Source of the DNA: Trichoplax adhaerens
Taxonomy: Eukaryota > Animalia > Placozoa
Length of the DNA stretch: 64,000 nt
Reading direction: 5' to 3'
NCBI RefSeq assembly: GCF_000150275.1
Contig: NW_002060943.1
Span: 1,152,731-1,216,730, forward strand
In this document: piece by piece, positions 11,959 to 23,920 of the stretch
Position numbering within the stretch: position 1 is the first letter of the stretch
How the letters are laid out: the number at the start of each line of letters is the position of its first letter
Program-made: the position numbers and the translations under genes
Notes under the pieces: model-generated
Databases searched by the model: none
Told to the model about the DNA's origin: nothing
The model's input: only the letters and a program-made list of their open reading frames with translations

Positions 11959-14900
11959 ATGGCTGAAGTTGTTCTCGCCGAATCCAATGGCACTGATCAA
12001 TTGCCTAATGGTGGCCAAAACGAAGCAGTGGTCAAGACAGACAAGTCACTGCTGACGGAAGACTTGTTGGTAGGCAATACGATCTAAACGATATTAGAAA
12101 GAATTCCAATAAGTGGTCAGCAGATGCGGATTTAGGAGTAAGTTTGGAACAATTTTATTACTGTCTCTGTATTCTGCACTAGTTAAATTTGGCTGCTGTT
12201 ATTCAGAATTTTCATGCAATTTGTATTCAATCTTTTTTGCACTTTCACTGCTCTTATTGAAGATATTCAGTATTCGACATACAGTTATTCTACTTTGATA
12301 TATCGACTGTTAGTGCGAATAACGCACTGTAAAGCGACAACTACTGCAAAAATATTTTGGGGGATATTTTTTCAAATGTTTCTTACAGTACATCCAGTAC
12401 TGTAAAAAATGCAAATTCTATTTGACTGCGTTGATGTAGATATTCTCGTATACGTACTTTGATACGTATATACTGATATCTACCATTGCGAAGTGAGCAG
12501 CAACAATTATCCTTGTCTCTATTCGATAAAATGGTTGAGATTTTCACTGCTCGATTCGTATGTGACTTATCCTCAAGATCAAAGTAGTTTCCCTACCATA
12601 GTAGAAGTTGCACATTCTTGACCAGCTCTTGTACCTACTGTAACATATGATGTGTAGCAGTGTACGGTACGGACTACGACCGCCTCCATCTCTCTCTGAT
12701 ACCAGCAGTATCGTACTGTACTGCTGGTACCAGGGACTTCCCAACTGTCCAGTATGGCTCTTACGGAAGGCATGACCGAGAAAAAGATATACGAAAACCT
12801 CCAACTTTACGATGATGTCATAGTGTTCCTACCCAAATGTTAGTTTTGAAAAGTGAAATGCACGCAATACATTCATAGTTTATCCTTTTATTCCATGATG
12901 ATCATATCTAATGTGGTAGATAACTTGGTATCGAGTCTCCCATTACCTTTGTGTTATTTCACATTTGATGGAGATTAAAACGTCAAGAGATGGGTATTCG
13001 TACATTGACGGCGTTCTGGTAACGGGCAGTAATACTAAAAAAAAAATAACAATAATAACAATCTCGGCGATCTTAATTGCGACAGTTCAAAGTTTGTATT
13101 AACTTAATATTGTCAGAGTTGCATATCTATATTGATTCAGATAATATTATTATTATATTATTATTGGTTTAGTTAGTATGGATAGAGACAGAAGATATTA
13201 ACATTTTACTCAAAAATAAATTCTTCATTTCTAGTAAAGCTTGTCCAGTTACTACATCAGCTCTAGTATCATAGACCAATGCCCCCAATACCATGTACAG
13301 TAGAGACCCTTGCTTTCTCGAAGGGTCTCTAAAATGGACAGTAGTAACAGTACCGATGTACGCCTACTTTTTGATATAGATTAAGAAAATTCTTGCGGAT
13401 TGGATATTGATGAATTGAAAATTAGGATACAGCATAGCTACTGAATGATCAACTAAAACGTTGTGATTTAAGAGATGATACATTGTGATATGATACTTTC
13501 TATTAATGTTAATATTAGCATCAACAACTGCCTTACAACAGCAGTTTGTAGCATGTTTTCATATCAAATGTTATCATATACAGTAAGTGATGATAAGTTG
13601 TGATATTATATTTTCTATTAATGCTAATATTAATATAGATAGCTGGCTTGCAACAGCATTTTATAACACGTTTTCATATCTAATCTATGCTGCTAAGATG
13701 CCGTACATGAGCGATAGATTGTAATATTTACTTTAAGCTGTCCAATTAGTAAAATATACATTTGCATATGGGAAGTGAAAGATGCTTTGTGGGTATCATT
13801 GTAGAAATGTCATTTTTGCTTATGTTCCTATTGCATCTACATGTTGCAACAATCTGTAGAATCAGTATCAGATGTATATATTTAGCTGTTGATATTCTAA
13901 TACTTGGTAACAATTTAAAAGATGTAAAGTGCAATTTAGATACGTACGCCTATGCGAAGTAAGATACCTTATACTGCTCAGGGTTTATTCTACCATAAAT
14001 TATGACAATATGATAGCGTTCAATAGCCAATACAAGCCTCGTCTTCCATAAATTAATTGAAAGCAGTTCTCAAAAGTATGTAGAGATTTCATCTAGAAAT
14101 TATGCTAGATATTTGGCATAGGAAGAATGATAAAGCTAAACTTGAATATGTTGAGTATCAACGAGCACGTGCTGCTTTATATACCTGTTTGCTCCGCTAT
14201 GCTGTAGGAACAATTTTAATTTACCTCTTGCTAATCTTGAAAGAAATGTATGAGCATGTGATGATTAAGTAGATGAGAATCAAATTATTACGATATGGGT
14301 TGCAAATTAGCTTGCACTATATTATATCACTAATGTACAATAAAAATGAATAATGTTATTTGGACTTAAACATCGAATAAGCTCATTTGCATTTATTTAT
14401 TACTCTATATCGTATATAGTTATTGAATTATTTAAGAGAAGTTTCCCAACGCCTAGTATCACGTACGCATCAAGTTGAAAATTTAGTGAAAGATGTCATT
14501 CAAAATGTCAAGGTAAGAAATGGACAACACTATCATTTAAGAATAACGTGAGTATAACCAGCTTCGCAATGTCTAATGGTAAAGCCTCATTTATTCTTAT
14601 GTAGTTGTGCTAACGGTCATTAATTTATAAAACTAGCGGTATTAGCAATATATTTCTAAAAATCAAGAGTACGCTATGAAGCAAATAGTATTTTATACGT
14701 GGTAATATAGTTGCAGTCATCAAGTTTCAGCCTGCACAAGATCGTCAATTCATAATTCCTTAGCCGCATAAACAACTGTAACAAATCGCTTGACAGTATT
14801 CTGAAAACTTTCCGGATGTCATTATAACTTCGATTAGTTTTCTTGAATTACGTTAAAGATAGTCCACCTATAAATACAGTGACTAGGTAACGAATATAAT

Positions 14901-17900
14901 AAGTTTCGAGATTTGATTTATATTTTCTAGATTAGTAAATTATGAGTAAATCTGCCTTACTTTTAGGCCGATGATTAATTGGATAATTGAATAATAATTC
15001 ATTTACTGTCAGTATGCAGATGTTAACTTTAAGCATTGCAGCATACCGCGTCTATCAATTGATTAATATACTGATTGCACTGGATTGCAGTACTATCACA
15101 TATTATATAATACTATGACCTATATTTTAAATAGCCTGTTAAGCATTTGCCATCATTGACCGTTTGCTAGAACAGAAGTTAATGCCATATTAATGCTAAA
15201 CTATTTTGATATAACTAAATCAGCTTGTTTAATCATTTCTATATTTGACGGCATTAATAATCATTTAGTTTATAGAGGCCGTAAGATACTTAGATATGAA
15301 GGAATTAACTTTGTATGAACTATATATAGGCATGCAGTAGATGTTATTACCTTGTTATGAAATAGAATCTTTTAGCGGTGCAGTACATTAAAGTATTTCT
15401 CCATTTTTATGTAAATGTCTAATTTGACGGCGTTTACAGGGTGTTGACTGCCAAGTTAACAACGTTATGAACGAATTTCTAATGCTTTCGAATGATCACT
15501 TCATTGAAAACGTAAGTAATAAATATTTTAATAGTTACTATCAGATTTGTAAATTGATGTATGAAATTAAATCGATATATATATATATACAGTAGTGACA
15601 ATAGACTGATATTCTAATATTAGCTATCGTTTAATTTGCGTGCAATCTTAGCGTGTTTACGATGACGAATTGAGACCTCATGAAGTTGACCCCAAACAAG
15701 CTAATGAGGCTAATCAAGAGGTAAATGGAGTGAAATAATAAATTATTTGCGTATATTATAACATCAGTACACTTGCAGGAATGCAATAATTGGGCCTACG
15801 GTTGTGAATATTGTATTTCAGCTGCAGCTAGACTCAATAAAAATGCGACTGTACACAGTACGTTAATTTTGCTCTACTGCAGTATATTGGCCATTGACTT
15901 TTATAGTAAACTTAAATATTATCAATTTTAATTTATAAGCATTTCTTCGGGTACAATATTAAACCATGGATTACAAAATTGCTCTGGTAATTTAGTAATC
16001 CATGGTTAAACGCTGCAAATGTTTAGAATGTAAGATAATATATTTGGAAGTCTAATGCACGAATTATTAAAATATCTTAATTTTTTTACTAAATGACGAT
16101 CAGTAAACCTTGTTTCGATCAATTGCAACGACTGATGAAGTGCCGTTGATGAATTTGTCCAGATTATAGTGACTGTATCATACCTACTTGTATCAATTAT
16201 GAGCTGTTAAGCTAAGCTGTTCACTGCTATAACATTATTTAATAATCCTGGTGACTAGTTTGTATTATCTGATGCGTAGGATAAAAATCGTGAAGTGGAT
16301 GCTATACCTTGCATTAAAGAAGCCTTGAAAGATGGCTTAACGTTGTTAAATGAAGCGTATGATTTAGTTGAAACTACTGTAGACAATACGATCAGTGATT
16401 CTGACTCTGATGGTGAAGCAGACAGGAGTTTACCGGCTGGCTTTAATGAACCGGTATTGGAGCCAAAAGATAAATATGTTGATAGACCGTTACCTGTTAT
16501 TATTGGTACGGCGGAATTTTTGCAGCGTGATGATGTCGGCTTATTAGATGAGGAAGACCAAGCTGAGGAGGAAGCAACTGATGTCGGTAGTATGAGTTCA
16601 TCATCTAGCGGTGAATCAGAGAACGAGGAATCTGACAAGGAAGCAGAGGAAAATAGCGAAATTGATGAGAGTGATGACGATCGCCCTAGGCAAAGGCAAC
16701 CACAACGGCGCACTTTTACTAGTTCAGAGGAGGATGACGAAGATGATTTATTTGCAGCCCCTAAGAAAGTTACTAAACGTAGCGATGTGGAATCTGATGA
16801 AAGTGAAGATATGCCTGAAACTGATCAAGTACAAGAGACTAAGCCTAATACAGGCATTGCAGCGGAACTAAATAAAAGATTGCAACGTAACACTGTAGAT
16901 TCTGACAGTGATGGCACTGAAGCTGTCAGTGAGGCCGTTGCTAGTGATACATCGTCCATCAAGATAAGTCGTAAAACTAGTAAAACGAGTTCACAAAAAG
17001 TTGTTGATGATGATTTATTTCAAACAAACGACGATGAGGATGGTCCATTTGGAAGTAAAGGAGGCTTATTCAATGCTAGAAAAAGCGGACTTTTTGATGA
17101 CGATGGAGGTTTATTTGATGATGATACTAAACAAGACGTTAAGCAGGATATTGAGCAGGATACTGTGCAAAAGGTAAAGGAAAAGCGAAATAGGACAAAG
17201 TCTGGTCGAAAGATTCCTGCTGGTGCTGTAGCTGTTTTTGGATCTGAAGACTCTGGATTATTTGGAACGCCTACGGAGGAATCCATTGCAAAAGAAAAAC
17301 CGAATGATGATGATATTAAAAATACACCTACGAAAGAAGCGTCTAAGCCAAATATCAAAACGCAAAAGAGCGTTAGCAAAGGATTATTTGATGACGATGA
17401 AGATGAGGATGAATTATTTGGTGCAGCTCCAGTTTCCATCAAAAAGCCACAGCCTACCAAGAAGATGCCGCCCACTAGTAGCTTATTTGCCGACGATGAT
17501 GATGATGACGCCGCCGCTGATGACTTATTTGCGACGGCAGCCGCTACTACTCAGCCTACTAGAACAGCGAATGATAGAAAGAAAAATTCGTCAAAAAAGA
17601 AGGCCTTGGTTGGTGGCGTAGCTTTACCTAGCGCTTCGAGTATCAAAAGTAAAGTTCACAGACCGCCTTCATCAGGAAACGAAAGTGAAGAAGATAATCC
17701 ATTACAAGCTAACAATTTGCCAAAAACCAATACCACTAATTCTTCAAATGATACTGTTGGTATTGATGTAGCTGCTGCTGCTACGGTTGCTGCTGTCGAT
17801 AGTAACAATCAAAGTAAAGTAACAAAGAAATCAGGTCTTTTTGATAGTGACACTGATGATAATAACCTATTCTTAGCGGATACTGACTCTAAAACATCAG

Positions 17901-20900
17901 GTAACACTTCTAAGAGTGAAGAAAAAACAGCTAAAAAGAAACCAGTTGGAGGTGTGGCTTTGTTTGGTGCATCTGCTATTAAATCAAGGCGACCTCCCGA
18001 TTCTGAAGAGGATGACGATGAGGAAGATGACTTCAGCCAAAAAGGCAATCCACCTCCTCTCAAGATCTCGCAACCATCGAAAGCGAAATCTAATTTAGGT
18101 GACCTTTTTGACGAAGATGACGATGATGACTATGGATTATTTAATTCCAGTACCAAACCTTCTATTGTAGAATCACCGGCTAAAAATGCCGGAAATGATG
18201 TAAAGTTAACAAATGCAAATCAATCAAAAAGTTCTACTGATAGTAAGAAATCAAGAACTGCCCACAAAGGCGCTAGCTTATTTGACGATGAAGAAGATGA
18301 TGGACTATTTTCTACTACTACTCCAAAACCGCAACCAACAACCAATAAGCCAGTTCATAAAGTTGCAGCTAATCCTGGCCTATTTGACGATAATGAAACT
18401 GAGGATGATTTATTTTTAATCACAAGCTCTGTTGAAAAGAAATCCGATAAGAGTAAGATTGCTAAAAAAGTTACAAATGAATCTAGTTCTGCCAGTCTAT
18501 CGAAAAGTGAAGACAAAGTATCACCTAGTAATGAAAGGAGCAAAGCATCAAAGGACGATAATGCTGAATCGTCAACAGCGTCCCCAATTAAGCCGAAAAA
18601 ACTTCCAGCTGGTGCTAAGCCTATATTTGGTGCAGCTGGAATTGATATTTTCCAAAAGAAAAAAACTTCAGATGACAAAGGCGATAGTAATGAACAGAAG
18701 TTGCAGAAGAGCAATGTTGCTAGCCCTACCTTAGATGAGAAGAATGTATCAGAATCTGTCGTAGTATCTCTTGACAATCCACCCACTGTAAAAACACTAG
18801 AGAGTGTAAATAAAGGTCGAACGAAAGGTCAAGCCAGAAGGCGTCCTCCTAGTAGACGTGGAGTTTCCAGTAAAAGCAGTAGTTCGAGTCTGTCAACCCC
18901 TATATCGGAGAAACTGAATGATGACGTTTTTGATGCAAGTAATACGGTAGCTGTTAAGCAAGCGGGTGACTCTAGCACTGGTGACAGTATCTCAGTTGAA
19001 GCTAAACCTTCTACTAGTCAGAAAACAGCGTCAGAGAATAAATCCAGCAGCATTTTTAATAGTAGCGATTGGCAAGACGATGACGAAGACGATTTATTTG
19101 CAAGTCCTGCTAAAATTAATAAGTCGGTGAAGTCCACAGTCGAAGTAGTGACTGCAGAAAGTGCAGTTTCCAATTCATCTTTAAATAAAAATCAAAAGAT
19201 CACTCCTAGTAGTACTAAGAAATCGCAACTATTTGGAGATTCTACAGATGATGAGGAGAATTTAGGTTTGTTCACGCCCGCTAAAGCCCTAGACGGTAGT
19301 TCGAAATCATCCGCCTCCACTAGCATCCCTGACAGCAGTTTACATTCAGCTTCTTTAAGCAAAAATATAGCTACGACAGATAGTCCAGCTAGCGCTCAAA
19401 CTAAAAAAGGAAGGTCTGATTCGGGAATTCGACAAACACGAGTAAGCTCCCTTTTTGACAATGATGATAATGATAACGACGATATTTTTGGTGGATTTGA
19501 TAAAAAGAAGAGCTTGAAAGGGAAGGTAGCTGCTAAAGATACCGTTTCGCAAGAACCACCGAAAAAAGATATTACGGCATCTGCTGAGCCAAAGAAAACT
19601 GATAGTGAAATTGTTGATAATCCATTGTTAGCATCAGATAATGTAGTTCCAGATCGTGTTAATTCGTCCTCTGCTTCAGACTTACTGAATGATAGCAATG
19701 GTAGAAATTCAGGCGAAAAAATTAGTAAAGATATCGAGAAAGTAGCAGAGGAAAGCATTCCACCTGTCCAAGAAAAAGCAATGAAAAAATCGATCACAGC
19801 TGATAATCAAACTTCAACTGAAGAATCTTTGGAGAAGCAAGATAAAATCTCAGCTGATAAACCAAAAGATAGCTTGCCTTCTAAGGTTTCTGAATCGTCG
19901 ACTGCTACTTCTAATTCTGATATAAAAAATGTCTCGATGTCTGCAAAGGAAGGGCTAGAAGTAAAATCGAAAGCAGTCAAACAAACTTCACAACCAAGTT
20001 CTATTTTTGACCACGATGATGATATTTTTGGAGATTTTAAAAGAAACAAGGCCTCCAAAACGAAGGAAGTGACTAAAACTAGTAAGAAAAACGAAAGAGA
20101 TGTGGCAAATAGTCCTGGCGAACCCAATACGGCTGAAAATGCTCCTGACGAAGTTAGATCAATAGATGCTATTGATAAACAACAGTTCGTAGTAGATTCA
20201 AATCCTGTAGTCGCCAGTTCAGCAGATGAAGTTCATACACAATCGGCAGCCAAAACCACGTCAAAGCTTGAAACCCCAAGCTCTATTTTTGATGATGATA
20301 GCGATATATTTGGAGATTTCGAAAAGAAGAAAGCATCGATAGGAAAGACAAAAGCTTCCAAGGTGGGAAATCGGCCTTTAACTGGTGGTGATAATGCTAG
20401 CAGTACGAATACGTCTGTCGAATACAACAATAGTGAGAAAGTTATTTCTGGAGGCCAGTCTGATCAGGCATCTAGCGAGAAGGTATACTATCAAATATTC
20501 TAAATATGTAGTTGTTAAAGAGTTATCGTTTACTTACTTCGTTCGCTTTGATTTATTAATTTATTAACTTAGAAATCAAAGTCAAAACCATCTGATGACA
20601 TTTTTGCTGATGATCTGGGCATATTCGGTACCCCAGGAACTTCGAAGAAATCGAAAAAGAAAAGTGATATAAGTAATCAGAAAGGTAATGTAATATTGAA
20701 ATGCTGCATTTAATTAGATCACTTCCCGTTAATTAAATTTTTAGCGTATCATTGGATACTGCTTAAATTCTATGGTCTTTATACTCATTTATAGGTGCGG
20801 AAGAAACTCCGAAAGCTAAATCTAGTATAGCTAAGAAGAAAGGATCGAAAAAAGCTGATAAAAAGCCCGCTAAAAAATACGATATCTTTGACAATGATGG

Positions 20901-20937
20901 TACATTTGATGATCCTTTAAATGCTGGTGGAAACTAA
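11959..20937 (+). CDS. WASHC2: WASH complex subunit 2 (FAM21)
   Basis: Exons: ~11959/12074-12137 (DLNDIRKNSNKWSADADLG; start uncertain), 14420-14512 (LLNYLREVSQRLVSRTHQVE), 15440-15511 (NNVMNEFLMLSNDHFIEN), 15652-15720 (RVYDDE), 16280-20482 (EPKDKYVDRPLPVIIGT, many L-F-acidic repeats, CPI motif LESVNKGRTKGQARRRPPSRR), 20573-20684, 20795-20937 (ends FDDPLNAGGN*). All junctions from 12137 on are GT-AG and phase-compatible. Confidence 0.95.
13474..13684. repeat. Diverged tandem duplication, period 115 bp (FAM21 intron 1)
   Basis: gatgata..ttgtgatat.ata.tttctattaatg.taatatta...caacagca.ttt...ttttcatatc at 13474 and 13589. Confidence 0.85.
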
Positions 20938-21878
20938 ATCTTCACTGTAGTTCAAATTATTAATTTCACTGTTAAATTAGTTGCTTCTATGTTAAAGTTA
21001 CTTTATATTTGCATGTATTATAGCATATAGACTAGTTAATGCCAAAAATAATAAAATTTAATACTTTATTATGCATGAATATTTTAGAAAGAAAATTTGT
21101 TTGACTACGTTACTGTATTATCAGTATATTGTATAAATGATCTAATTTAAATATTTTTATTTTTGATTTAAAGTTGATCCGATTTACATTTTTATCTTCG
21201 ATTATCTACCAAGTATATTACTGAGGAAAAAGTTATTCATTTCCTGTATAAAAGTGTTAGTTATAAAATATAACCGAAAATTTAATACGTCATAACCAGT
21301 GATACATTTGTGTATAAAATGACTATGAGTACTTTTAACTTATAGTTATCGCGATGATATGGACTCGTAAATAAAATTAAATCATTAATCTCGTGTCTCT
21401 TTTACTTGAAATTTGAGTGCGATCAATTGTAATGTTTTTATTTCATTCGGTGGAATATACAGTATTTGCACACGTGCAAACATTGAAATTTTACAATCTA
21501 AAAAATCGTCAATTTTGCGCTATGCTGAGGTGTACAGTAGTCACCGAAAATCGAAGCGTATTGGCATGTAAATACGCGCAATAGTAGATGCACTATGCTT
21601 TATATAATAGTATTCTATTTCCAGTATATAATTATAATTGATCAACTGCAAGGTGAAGCCTCTCTGTTTACAATTATACAGTATTTGTAAATGCTTGTTG
21701 AGTTGTATTAGTTATGGACACAGACTAATTCTAGAATAGATTTGCAATTCCATTACAAAAAGCAAATAATCTCATTTATTGATATTTTAATCTGATATCT
21801 GAATATATTTTATATTTTAGAGCAATTCATAAAACAGTATAGGCCTATCAGTATAATACATTAACAGCAGTTAAGGAG

Positions 21879-22991
21879 TTAAGCTACAGCTTGGGCTTTT
21901 CTATCTCCTTTTCTTTGATAAAGCTGTTGTATTCTTCTATATTCGTCGGAGATGTTTTGCAAATCAATTCCATACATGATCGTTGATAACCATAATTGCC
22001 AGCATTCTTGGTTGAACCTGATGATACCTTCTTTCTTCTTTACCTTTTGAAATAATGGTAATGAATGCTTAATCCATACTACATTTTTTATGCCTTCGTT
22101 ATCTGCTAAGTTTAGGGTGTTTAACTGATAATAAATAAAGGCAAACATCCTGCCATTGGTAACAATTGTGTTCATAGCTAATGGATTATCTATTAACTCT
22201 TGGTCTGTTCTTATCTTATACTCATTTACAGCAACAGCTCGCAAGACAGCATGACTGTACATGATTGCATGGCTTAGGAGTTGCGATGTGGGTCGCGATT
22301 TGGCTTTCAGATCGACGAGGAAGAGTGTATGAGGATAGGGGTAAGGGCTACCAGGATGAAATCCATAGGAAAGGTCTTTTTGAACTCGATATCGGGACAT
22401 ATCGATAACAGGTGAGACAGGGGCTACGTCTTGTATCGGCTGATTGAAAGTGGATTCTATTTCATTTTTGGAGGCGAACAGTTGTAGCGGCTTAGAAGAG
22501 CATAATAAAAAGCCTGGATGTCCTCTTACAGCGATATGATGTCGACTTCTGCGCCAATCGGCTGCAATTTTAGGTTTAAATGTAAACGATCGGTCAAGCA
22601 ATTCAGGGTATTTATGAGCTTGTGTGGCTACAACTCTTAGCATATTTTGAGTTAAGCTGGTATTGTGATATTCGCGTGTGGCAATCTTTTCTTGATAGCC
22701 ATAGACACGAGATTGAATGACACAATCTTTAATAAAACCTTCCAATTCTTTCGCGATTGGTTGTAATGATTCTTGCGTAGGTAAAGTAGCAGGTAAAGCA
22801 TCGTCCGAGAGAACAGTCTTGGTTAAATACAAAGCTTGTTTTTCACCTTCCAATATCGTGACATGTGGGTGATAAACGTAAGCCGAAAAGGTTGAAAGGG
22901 TGCCCAAGCAATCTTTACGGTAAGTATATTTGACCCCTAATGTTCTCGTACGAGTGAGTGCTGAGATGGCAATACAACTAATTTTGGCCAT
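21879..22991 (-). CDS. MRPL37: Mitochondrial ribosomal protein mL37 (intronless)
   Basis: YPYPHTLFL, PLAMNTIVTNGRMFAFIYYQLNTLNLADNEGIKNVVW match the mL37/mL65 (PDCD9) family and are closest to mL37. The first ATG is at 22991 (the ORF track used a TTG start). The basic Ser/Thr-rich N-terminus resembles a mitochondrial presequence. Confidence 0.9.
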   Translation of the reverse strand: MAKISCIAISALTRTRTLGVKYTYRKDCLGTLSTFSAYVYHPHVTILEGEKQALYLTKTVLSDDALPATLPTQESLQPIAKELEGFIKDCVIQSRVYGYQEKIATREYHNTSLTQNMLRVVATQAHKYPELLDRSFTFKPKIAADWRRSRHHIAVRGHPGFLLCSSKPLQLFASKNEIESTFNQPIQDVAPVSPVIDMSRYRVQKDLSYGFHPGSPYPYPHTLFLVDLKAKSRPTSQLLSHAIMYSHAVLRAVAVNEYKIRTDQELIDNPLAMNTIVTNGRMFAFIYYQLNTLNLADNEGIKNVVWIKHSLPLFQKVKKKEGIIRFNQECWQLWLSTIMYGIDLQNISDEYRRIQQLYQRKGDRKAQAVA

Positions 22992-23209
22992 TTCGCTTTG
23001 CAATGATCTGGAATATGTTGCAGTGATTAATTAAACTTCATGGAGGAATGAGACAACGGTCTTGATCGTTCAGAACGCGTGCTGCTGTTTCCGTATACTG
23101 CACCATCCAGTCAGAGTCGAAATGGGTAGTGGGAAAGCGCTTGGAGTAAGAGATTTCCGACTGACAGACGGGCATTGGTACTGAGCATACTCAGTGAGCG
23201 ATCTAGAGT

Positions 23210-23920
23210 TCCAGGGTACAGTACACGTCCAGACGGTATACAGTACTGTAGTACTATACACTGTACACTGTATAGTGCTGATTACCAGTCTGAGTCATAG
23301 TGTACTGTATAGTGTATAGAACAATACTGCCATACTCTACTGTACCAGTGGTCAAGAACCAAGAAGTGCACCATGGACAAGGAGAAATTCCGATCTTCTG
23401 TAGTGATCTATGACTGCACGTTACCTTTGTATAGCAAAATTGGCGTTTATTAAGATATGACGCTGTGGATGTTGTATAAAACTGAAATTTAACTACCTAT
23501 TTCAAATATATAGCTCATATCCTGTCGATTGATATGAGTTTTACTCCAAACTGGTCAATGCTTCTCCATTTATTCCATTTTTCGTCAGTATCTGTTCTGT
23601 AGTCACTGGCAGAGTACAGTACAGTATACTGTACTCTACAGTACGTACTGTAAAACTGTACTGTAGAGAGGCAGCGATACTGTACGTGTACAGCGTGTTT
23701 CGGAATGTGTTGCAACGAAATCCATACAAATTTCTATAAATTGTTACGTAACTTTCCGGGTTTTTTGGGGAGAAGAAAGCCTATGAGTTGAACGGTATGG
23801 ATATGAGATGCATGTTGTACTCGCGCGCGCAATCGTAACGCAAATGTTCATCAAAGTTCAATGTTGAATTCACTATTTCCATAGTTTATTTGCTATCAGT
23901 ATTTTGTACTGTACTGTAGT
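23210..23920. promoter_or_regulatory. Divergent promoter region (MRPL37 / C22orf15-like) with CAGTA/CTGTA arrays
   Basis: Arrays at 23216-23345, 23613-23692 and 23906-23920; palindromes GTTGCAAC (23708), GTTACGTAAC (23743-23752) and a CGCGCGCG run (~23822); lies between two head-to-head genes. Confidence 0.6.

Noticed and set aside
12892-12972. Intronic C/D box snoRNA candidate (ATGATGA ... TTGA with tcca/tgga ends)
   Set aside because: The D box is TTGA rather than CTGA and I could not identify an rRNA-complementary guide; snoscan or Infernal would be needed.
16255-20430. Many antisense and alternate-frame ORFs over the large FAM21 exon (also 61224-61556 over the GPCR tail)
   Set aside because: Shadows of low-complexity Asp/Glu/Ser/Lys codons; poly-Ser/Phe products with no independent signal.
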